64,000 nucleotides of DNA, from the NCBI GenBank assembly GCA_050251945.1, contig JBFWLW010000003.1, positions 128,001 through 192,000 on the forward strand. The letters are read 5' to 3'. The stretch comes from Deferribacterales bacterium. GTDB lineage: Bacteria > Chrysiogenota > Deferribacteres > Deferribacterales > Geovibrionaceae. Under the pieces are notes generated by a model. The model saw nothing but the letters and a program-made list of their open reading frames with translations, was not told where the DNA came from and made no database searches. Made by a program: the position numbers and the translations under genes. Of the stretch, positions 57,448 to 64,000 are shown in pieces. The stretch's first letter is position 1. Each line of letters starts with the position of its first letter.

Positions 57448-58140
57448 TCATACGGCGGGTTCACGGGATGCTTCCAGAAGAAAGCGGTATAAAGGCGCAA
57501 GTTTGAAGAAATCTTCCAGAAGTGCGCCTGCGAACCCGTTCCCGTATAAAGATTCATCGTTGTCTCTTTCCGCGACAAGATAAAGAGTTTTGCGCTGGTA
57601 CCAGTCCACAAAGCGGGCATCTTTCATTCCCGACGGTACCTTTTTATATTTTTCACCTTCAAGGGAAAAAGGTAAAAGGTTTTTGGGATTTGAAAATGAC
57701 ACTGTGTCTGCAAATCGCTTTGCATCCAGATCTATCATCTGCCTGAAATGGCGCATGGTGGCAGGTTTCGCGCTGTAAAAGCCCATTCCCCAGACATAGC
57801 GCTCAGACCCGAGCTCAAAGAAGAATGCGGGAGCGTCGCACCAGTCGTCGTTTGCCCTTTTAAAAACAAGCCAGCTCACTGATTTATACGGCGTTTTGTC
57901 CTTTGAAAAACGAGTGTCGCGGCGTATGCGCGAAACTGTGCGTCCGCCTGTGATGAACTGCTCATCAACAGAAAGCATCCCGTCCGTAAGCTCAGCGGAA
58001 AGCTCCTTCATTGGTGTCTGGACGTACTCTTTATATTCTTCCTTGTGCGCTTCGTACCACTCGTGGGTGTTGTTTTCCCTGATACCTCTCAGAAACCCGA
58101 ACGCTTTCGGGGTGAACCCCTTAAAATACTGCCGCATCAT
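57448..58140 (-). CDS. DUF2461 family protein
   Basis: ENN..EW..AHK..Y, RIRRDTRFSKDKTPYK. Confidence 0.85.
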   Translation of the reverse strand: MMRQYFKGFTPKAFGFLRGIRENNTHEWYEAHKEEYKEYVQTPMKELSAELTDGMLSVDEQFITGGRTVSRIRRDTRFSKDKTPYKSVSWLVFKRANDDWCDAPAFFFELGSERYVWGMGFYSAKPATMRHFRQMIDLDAKRFADTVSFSNPKNLLPFSLEGEKYKKVPSGMKDARFVDWYQRKTLYLVAERDNDESLYGNGFAGALLEDFFKLAPLYRFLLEASREPAV

Positions 58141-59201
58141 TCGTATTTATCCCACCATCTTTCAACAGGTGCAACACCGCCGACAGTAAATGGAAGTCCT
58201 ATTTCGGGGGTCACATAGTTGAGATTTTTTTTCTGCGCTTCCGTCGTGAACCTCTCTATGGGTTCTTTCCAGTAAAACTCAGAAAGAGTGAAGGTTCCCC
58301 AATGGATAGGAAGAACCGTCCCGCTGCCGAGGTCTTTTGCCGCCTGAACAGCCTCTTCAGGTGTCATGTGACTGTAAGGCCATTTTACATTATAGGCGCC
58401 TATATCAATGAGCGACAGTTCAAAAGGTCCGTACTCGTGTCCTATCTGCCGGAACTGTTCCATATAGCCCGAATCGCCGCTGAAAAACACCTTATGACCG
58501 CCCATCTCTATGACATACGATGCCCAGAATGTTTTGTTGGTGTCATAGTAGCCTCTGCCCGACCTGTGCAGGGCGGGTGTGGCAGTTATTTTCATATTCG
58601 GCATGGAAACCGACTGGTACCAGTCCAGTTCTATGATACGGAGGGGATCAACTCCCCATTTTTCAAGATATTGTCCCACGCCCAGCGGCACGATAAACAT
58701 ACCGACTCTATCCTTAAGGGCTTTTATCGCCCTCTCGTCCAAATGGTCATAGTGGTTATGGGAGATTATGACCGCATCCACAAAACCGATGTTGACACCC
58801 CTTATGGGGTTGTCGTCGGTGTATCTTTCGGGTCCGATGAAGCTAAAAGGTGAGACCCTTTTGGAAAACACCGGATCGGTGATTATTTTCATGTCCCCCT
58901 GTTTAAGCATTACGCTTGCGTGTCCCAGCCATGCCGCCTGAAGGGTGTCGCCGGTATTCATGTTCGCATATACAGGATTGATCCTGTGCGCTTTTATAAG
59001 CTCTTTCGGTGAGTATTTTCCGCTTTCAAAGAGAATCCTGTATATCGAGGAGAGCTTGCTGCCTGACGCTTTTTTCGGCGTCTCCACAAGGTTGTGGAAT
59101 GTTCCGTCGCGGAAATATTCCGACGCATAAGAAACTTTTTTCTCGTGTGTGGCAAACATGATCACAATTATGACCGCAGCGGCCAGAAATATCTTTCCCA
59201 T
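58137..59201 (-). CDS. MBL-fold metallo-hydrolase (RomA/NAPE-PLD-like)
   Basis: WLGHAS, TDPVFS, ISHNHYDHLD, FFSGDSGY, IGAY, PIHWGTF. Confidence 0.9.
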   Translation of the reverse strand: MGKIFLAAAVIIVIMFATHEKKVSYASEYFRDGTFHNLVETPKKASGSKLSSIYRILFESGKYSPKELIKAHRINPVYANMNTGDTLQAAWLGHASVMLKQGDMKIITDPVFSKRVSPFSFIGPERYTDDNPIRGVNIGFVDAVIISHNHYDHLDERAIKALKDRVGMFIVPLGVGQYLEKWGVDPLRIIELDWYQSVSMPNMKITATPALHRSGRGYYDTNKTFWASYVIEMGGHKVFFSGDSGYMEQFRQIGHEYGPFELSLIDIGAYNVKWPYSHMTPEEAVQAAKDLGSGTVLPIHWGTFTLSEFYWKEPIERFTTEAQKKNLNYVTPEIGLPFTVGGVAPVERWWDKYE

Positions 59202-59261
59202 CTCAACTCCCGAATAAAAGCAGTAGTATATAAACTATGCCTCTGTTCTGAAAATTAAACC

Positions 59262-59915
59262 CTAAAATATCGCGGAGGAACTGTCCAGCGACAGTTTAAA
59301 TCCAGAAAGCAGAACTCTGCTCTTACGGTTTATCTTTTCACAGAGGATATCGGTCATATGGTTCAATTCCCCGGCGTTATGCGCAACACCGTTCAGAAAC
59401 CCGCTTCTGTGCATATATTCAGCATCGAAGGCGTTTCCCGTTATCAGAAACTCTGAAGCGGAAGCCGACTGCATCAGACGCGGAATAGCCTGTGTACCGC
59501 CGAATCCGGTTATAATGCCGAGCTTCGCTCCGGGGTGCGCAAACTTACTCTTCCCTGTTGCGTAGCGAAAATCGCATGACGCGGCAAAATCCATACCGCC
59601 GCCCATGCAGAAACCGTCTATCTCCGCTATGACCACCTGCGGCATGGTGCGTATGGTTCCGAACATGGTATTGCCCAGTTTGGAGAACCATTTGGCTTCA
59701 AAGCCGTTATATGTGCTTAACGTACGCAGGTCGGCTCCCACAGCAAAGCATCCGCCTTCGCCGTGTATCCGCACCGTTTTTGCGGGACTTTCCCTGACCA
59801 TGCGCAGGTTCTTTATTATCTCTTTAAGTGTCTCCACGTCCAGCAGCGTGAACTGACCTGTCTGCGGAACCAGTCTTATATGGGCTGTCAGCCCCTCTAT
59901 GCGGGTTTCTATCAT
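59262..59915 (-). CDS. Enoyl-CoA hydratase/isomerase family protein (short, divergent)
   Basis: FAVGADL, IDGFCMGGGMDFAASCDFR, LGIITGFGGTQ; start MIETR at 59915. Confidence 0.85.
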   Translation of the reverse strand: MIETRIEGLTAHIRLVPQTGQFTLLDVETLKEIIKNLRMVRESPAKTVRIHGEGGCFAVGADLRTLSTYNGFEAKWFSKLGNTMFGTIRTMPQVVIAEIDGFCMGGGMDFAASCDFRYATGKSKFAHPGAKLGIITGFGGTQAIPRLMQSASASEFLITGNAFDAEYMHRSGFLNGVAHNAGELNHMTDILCEKINRKSRVLLSGFKLSLDSSSAIF

Positions 59916-59916
59916 A

Positions 59917-60717
59917 TCAGAACCTGTAATCTTCCCATCTGTCTTTGAACCGCGCCTCGCGCTTTTCAACAAAGGCGGACGTGCCTTCCGTTTTGTCGAA
60001 TGTCGAAAATGAGAACGTGAACGCGTTCTGTTCCAGCAGCAGACCTTTCGCAAAGTCCATATCTATCGTGCTGTTTATGGTTTCCTTCGCAAGTCCGACG
60101 GCAAACGAACTCCGCTTGCTCATCAGAACGGACATATCTGTTACCGCCTTTTCAAGGGACTCTGCACAGTCCAACACCTTACTGACCATTCCCTTGCCGT
60201 AAAGTTCGGCGGCATCAACAGGTTCGCCTGTGAATACAAGATACTTAGCAAACGTCTCGTACGCCTTTCTGGCGGCGAGTTGTGTCCCGCCGAATCCGGG
60301 AACGAATCCGTATTCCGTCTCGTTAAACCCAAACCGGCTCTTGGCTGTTGCAAACACCATATCGCAGGCGAGTATAAGCTCAAACGCGGGTCCGAAGCAA
60401 TCGCCGTCAACAGCGGCAAGCACTGGTTTTTTCATGTTTCTTATGAATGAAACCAGTCTTTGACCAACAAGATTATACTGTTTAACAACGGCGGTGTCAG
60501 CTTTCGAGACCTTCTCAATGTCATGTCCCTTTGAAAATACGCCGCTCTGCCCGCTGCGTATCACAGCAAGATTGACCCCGCGGTCTCCCTCTGCAACGTC
60601 AAGAGCAGTGAAAAGCCCGTCCAGAGTCTCCATACAGACAGGATTGCCCTGAACACTGCATGAAACTGTTATCACACAGGCGCCGTCGGCTTTTGAATAG
60701 GTAACAGGATTGTTCAT
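59917..60717 (-). CDS. Enoyl-CoA hydratase/isomerase family protein
   Basis: KPVLAAVDG...G..FELILACD, FGFNE...G.VPGFGGTQ, EG..AFVEKR. Confidence 0.88.
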   Translation of the reverse strand: MNNPVTYSKADGACVITVSCSVQGNPVCMETLDGLFTALDVAEGDRGVNLAVIRSGQSGVFSKGHDIEKVSKADTAVVKQYNLVGQRLVSFIRNMKKPVLAAVDGDCFGPAFELILACDMVFATAKSRFGFNETEYGFVPGFGGTQLAARKAYETFAKYLVFTGEPVDAAELYGKGMVSKVLDCAESLEKAVTDMSVLMSKRSSFAVGLAKETINSTIDMDFAKGLLLEQNAFTFSFSTFDKTEGTSAFVEKREARFKDRWEDYRF

Positions 60718-60792
60718 ATCAACCTCGGAATAATAATAAGTTTGCTTATTATAAAAAAAGCGGAACGCAATGTAAACAAATGATAAGAAAAA

Positions 60793-61644
60793 TCAGGATT
60801 CGCCATCATTGCGGAGGGAGAAATACTGCTGGTCTATGTGATTGTGATATTCGCGGCGAAGTTCTTTTTTTGAATTATTTTTCAGCATCTCGCGGCGAAG
60901 TTTACGGGCGGATTCCATGCTCTCTTTACCCGCCGGATCATAACCGCTGAGATTTGCAAACCCGTTCTCAACAGCTTCCATAGTCTGCTTCAGCGCCGCT
61001 TCCCTGAAATATGCAACACGCTCTTCAAACCCCGGCTGTGCAGTTTTCTTTATCATGCGGGTTATGGCGTGCAGTTTCAGGTTCTTCTGATAAAAGACAC
61101 CGCGGCGTATAGCCTTCACTTCGCTTTCAAACCAGTCGGATTTTACTCCCATGTTTCTCAGAAAAATATCCCCATAGCTGGGTGAAAACCGCAGAAGAAG
61201 CTGCAGCATCTTTGAATAGCGGTTGTAATGCATTGACTCCTCCGCCATCTCAAAGATAAGATGCGAACGCATCCGCCCGGCATCCACATATGCAATATGC
61301 TGCGGAACCATGTTGTTATGGGCTATGATGTCTGCCGAAAGGTGTGCGCTGTATCCGTATGCAAACGCCTGCTCCTCGTCGCTGCGGATGTCGGAAAACA
61401 TCTTTGAAACCGTCTGCCAGCTATGTGTCGGCAGGCTTTTCTTAAACGATGAAAAGTCTTTGAAAAGGTTGAAAAGATCGGGAAATATGTTGCCGCATAA
61501 AAAGAACTGCGGGTTGTTTGTGATAACGTTCATACTGCTGTTGTTCAGCACCTGCATCCCAATACTTAAATGCGTTTCAAATCCCCATGCGAAAGATATA
61601 TCAGGCAGTGCAAATACTGCTATAATTATTATAAATAGTGGCAT
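60793..61644 (-). CDS. Zinc-dependent phospholipase C family protein
   Basis: Signal peptide then AWG..TH, G..FPD, THSW, GY.AHL.AD..AH. Confidence 0.8.
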   Translation of the reverse strand: MPLFIIIIAVFALPDISFAWGFETHLSIGMQVLNNSSMNVITNNPQFFLCGNIFPDLFNLFKDFSSFKKSLPTHSWQTVSKMFSDIRSDEEQAFAYGYSAHLSADIIAHNNMVPQHIAYVDAGRMRSHLIFEMAEESMHYNRYSKMLQLLLRFSPSYGDIFLRNMGVKSDWFESEVKAIRRGVFYQKNLKLHAITRMIKKTAQPGFEERVAYFREAALKQTMEAVENGFANLSGYDPAGKESMESARKLRREMLKNNSKKELRREYHNHIDQQYFSLRNDGES

Positions 61645-61767
61645 AATGATTAATTTATTACACCCGCTCTTAAAAACAAGGGAAATGTACCGGACAAAAA
61701 TTGTCCTTTAGTTGACAAATGAGAATAAGACCATTATAGTATGATTATTAACGGATGAGGTGTCGGT

Positions 61768-62004
61768 ATGAAAGAAGAAGCACTGAAAATCAGAAAGATT
61801 ATTCTCCCGATGAAAGATGCTTACGAGGAGCTTGACCCCGAAGAAAGGATTGAACTGAAACAGCTCCAGAAACAGCATGACGACATTTATAACACTCTGA
61901 GCGAAGAGGACAAAAAATGGTATGACAACCATTTTTCAGACTGGTACGCAAAATATCTGGACATAGAGACCAAGATTTTCATCAAGCCAAGCGAAGGCTG
62001 TTGA
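61768..62004 (+). CDS. Hypothetical protein (78 aa)
   Basis: SD GAGGTG, genome-typical codon use, upstream TTGACA promoter-like element. Confidence 0.7.
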   Translation: MKEEALKIRKIILPMKDAYEELDPEERIELKQLQKQHDDIYNTLSEEDKKWYDNHFSDWYAKYLDIETKIFIKPSEGC

Positions 62005-62010
62005 AAAACT

Positions 62011-62072
62011 TAGATCGCGTCGTCGTTGCACTACTCGCGAAGACATACGAGTGCTTAGACGGGAAGCAGTCA
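62011..62072. repeat. REP-like unit with degenerate partner
   Basis: tagatcgcgtcgtc...ctcgcgaagac, then remnant ...gaagcagtca; between convergent genes. Confidence 0.75.
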
Positions 62073-62106
62073 TAGAAGAAGACTTGCTGGTTAGAACCAA
62101 GCAATA

Positions 62107-62847
62107 TCAATAAAATACCTGCTTGAGATACAGCCCTTCGGCAGGAGCCGTAGGGCCTCCCTTCTTCCTGTTCTTCGTTTCAAGCATCTCTCTGACGCGC
62201 TCAGGTCCGTGTCCGTCGCGGCAGAACTTCACAACCGTTCCGGTAATTATACGCACCATGTTGTGCAGAAAACCGCTGCCGTTCACCTCAAGACACCAGA
62301 GATCGTCCTCTCTGTAGAACTTAGTAAAGTTTATAGTCCTGACACAGTTTTCGCGCAGGCTCTCCGCCGCACAGCAGGCAGTGAAGTCGTGTGTACCTTC
62401 AAAAGCGGCAAGCACTTCCGGCGCCCGCCCGAAATCCACCTGTCCTTTCACCCACCACGCCCTGTTATAATGAAACGCACTGCGCACCCGCGAATGATGC
62501 ATCCTGTACATATACGTTTTTGAAACCGCAGACCTCTGCGAATGGAAATCCGGCGGAACATCCCATGCCTTTGCAATAGAAATATCCATAGGCAGTATGC
62601 TGTTCAGCCCAAGAACGACCGCCTCGTCGGGAACATATATATCAGTGATGAAGTTTGCTGTCTGCCCCAGAGAATGAACGCCTGAATCTGTTCTGCCGGA
62701 GCCGACAGCGTTGACATCCTGCTTATAAAGCACCTTGAGCGCCTTTTGCAGTTCATTCTGAATAGAGGGGGAGTGGGTCTGCCACTGCCATCCGGAATAG
62801 TTTGTCCCGACGTACTGAACTATGACAGCTTTGTTATACAAGGGCAT
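62107..62847 (-). CDS. truA: tRNA pseudouridine(38-40) synthase
   Basis: Y.GT.YSGWQ.Q, GSGRTDSGVH, G.HDF, FLHNMVR, APAEGLYL; start MPLYN at 62847. Confidence 0.96.
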   Translation of the reverse strand: MPLYNKAVIVQYVGTNYSGWQWQTHSPSIQNELQKALKVLYKQDVNAVGSGRTDSGVHSLGQTANFITDIYVPDEAVVLGLNSILPMDISIAKAWDVPPDFHSQRSAVSKTYMYRMHHSRVRSAFHYNRAWWVKGQVDFGRAPEVLAAFEGTHDFTACCAAESLRENCVRTINFTKFYREDDLWCLEVNGSGFLHNMVRIITGTVVKFCRDGHGPERVREMLETKNRKKGGPTAPAEGLYLKQVFY

Positions 62848-63532
62848 AAAGCACCGCCGCCGCCACGGCGCAGGCACCGAGCAGCATTTCGTACATATTC
62901 GGCAGGCTGATAGGCACCGCGGCATATTCTCCCGCGTCCACCTTCCGCGCAACCGTATCGGCATGCGCAAGCAGACTGTGCATCAGCGGTCTTATGTATT
63001 CGTTGGGACGAAACAGAACTTTATAAGCTTTCCCGCTGTATTCAGGCGAAAGAGTTATCTTTTTAACGGTTCTCTTCGCATCGTCTATGAATATCGGGAT
63101 GAATTCCAGCGCAACCATCATAACTATGCGCAGGTTCTTTCCCGCTGTGCCGCGCACTGGGAAAGACAAAAGAGCAGCAAGCGCCCTCGTATCGGTTATG
63201 GCGGAGAGCAGAACAGAGTAATAGATGATAAGAAAAAAGCGGTATGTGAGAACTGCAGAGCTTTTAAGTCCTGCCGCAAAAAAGAAATTCACCGCAAAAG
63301 TGACTATCAGAACGGTTATAAAAGGTTTGATCTTATAAAAAGTGTCGACAGGACTGAGCCTTGCGAATATCTGTACTGCAATGGCGGGAATTGTTATCAG
63401 TGAATATGACAATACCGAACCGGACATGCCGACCATCTGGATTATACTCAGAAATATGATCAGCTTAACCGCCGGATTCAGCTCGTAAAGAACAGAACCG
63501 GCAGCAGTCTTAACGCCTGCTGCCATGCTCAT
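62834..63532 (-). CDS. ECF transporter transmembrane component T (CbiQ-like)
   Basis: LYELNPAVKL N-terminus, TM helices, ALEFIP motif. Confidence 0.75.
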   Translation of the reverse strand: MSMAAGVKTAAGSVLYELNPAVKLIIFLSIIQMVGMSGSVLSYSLITIPAIAVQIFARLSPVDTFYKIKPFITVLIVTFAVNFFFAAGLKSSAVLTYRFFLIIYYSVLLSAITDTRALAALLSFPVRGTAGKNLRIVMMVALEFIPIFIDDAKRTVKKITLSPEYSGKAYKVLFRPNEYIRPLMHSLLAHADTVARKVDAGEYAAVPISLPNMYEMLLGACAVAAAVLYALV

Positions 63533-63538
63533 TTATTC

Positions 63539-63751
63539 TCAGGATTGCTTTTCTTCGTCGTCAGCGATCTTCTTTTGTGTTTTAGGCGTGATGTCCACAA
63601 CGTCGTCGGTGCTGACATCGTTTGCAGCCTTTTTAAAGTTTCTGATCGCTTTTCCCATACCCTCTCCGATCTGGGGAAGTTTGCCCGCGCCGAAAACAAC
63701 AAGGGCGATAACTAAAATGACAATAATTTCTGTTGAACCAAGTCCGAACAT
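63539..63751 (-). CDS. tatA: Twin-arginine translocase subunit TatA/E
   Basis: MFGLG..E......ALVVFGAGKLP.IG..MGKAIRNFKKA. Confidence 0.96.
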   Translation of the reverse strand: MFGLGSTEIIVILVIALVVFGAGKLPQIGEGMGKAIRNFKKAANDVSTDDVVDITPKTQKKIADDEEKQS

Positions 63752-63797
63752 GTTCTCCTCCGTTGTTACTCACTAATATATGCAATAGTCGAAAAAC

Positions 63798-64000
63798 TCA
63801 ATGTTTATTTATAAAACGTCTTCTGCGTTCATAAATATATATTCCGATAATAAGCAAAACAAGCCACAGATATCCGGTTACAGAAAATATACTCCGCGCG
63901 GTCACCGTCTTGACATCGCAGTCGAGATAACCGGCTTTGTTCAGACCGAATTCCGCCTGAATGGTTCCGTCTGGGTCTATGCATGCAGAAACCCCGGTTT
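63798..64000 (-). CDS. lnt: Apolipoprotein N-acyltransferase, C-terminal fragment (runs off the window edge; not in ORF track)
   Basis: Manual translation TGVSACIDPDG...SIFSVTGYLWLVLLIIGIYIYERRRRFINKH*, matching the Lnt NTG.S..IDP.G motif plus last TM helix. Confidence 0.7.
   Translation of the reverse strand, partial: TGVSACIDPDGTIQAEFGLNKAGYLDCDVKTVTARSIFSVTGYLWLVLLIIGIYIYERRRRFINKH

Noticed and set aside
61993..62013. Possible selenocysteine readthrough (..EGC-TGA-AAA-ACT-TAG) in the 78-aa protein
   Set aside because: The only downstream structure is the REP unit, with no recognisable SECIS. It cannot be supported without homologues showing Cys at the TGA.
450..62072. Repeats read as a CRISPR array or IS ends
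   Set aside because: They are dispersed, variable, inverted doublets with no regular spacers, and no cas or transposase gene is present.

Overview
Core-genome-like 64 kb bacterial chromosome segment. Gene content and order suggest an anaerobic Gram-negative organism, probably Deferribacterales-like; this is an inference. The left third (2.5-21 kb) is a large chemosensory operon: ParA ATPase, a lid-less Hsp70 paralogue, a soluble chemoreceptor with two signalling tips and an internal CZB domain, triple CheW, CheB, STAS protein, two CheY, HEAT-repeat protein, CheR, a CheA with two Hpt domains and an MshEN-like repeat, an extra REC protein, a degenerate MCP/CheZ-like protein and a REC-Hpt protein, followed by a PAS-GGDEF-EAL gene. 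The rest is mostly housekeeping: larC, nth, ccsA-like-hemACDB, pgk, gap, gpmI, tkt, rlmH, rlmB, LPS heptosyltransferases, pheA-hisC-aroF-tyrA-aroA-cmk-ispH-rpsA-sppA, budA, comM, truA, tatA and a partial lnt. Non-coding observations: (i) a dispersed CGTC-type REP-like family at 8 loci showing compensatory covariation, with two inverted copies bracketing an AT-rich TPR gene; (ii) a structured ~190-nt minus-strand intergenic unit at 55.1-55.3 kb holding an SD-led 10-codon ORF and a terminator; (iii) recurrent sigma70-type promoters placed to give leaderless mRNAs. I saw no transposase, integrase, tRNA, rRNA or CRISPR array. All calls are from motif recognition by eye, with no database searches.
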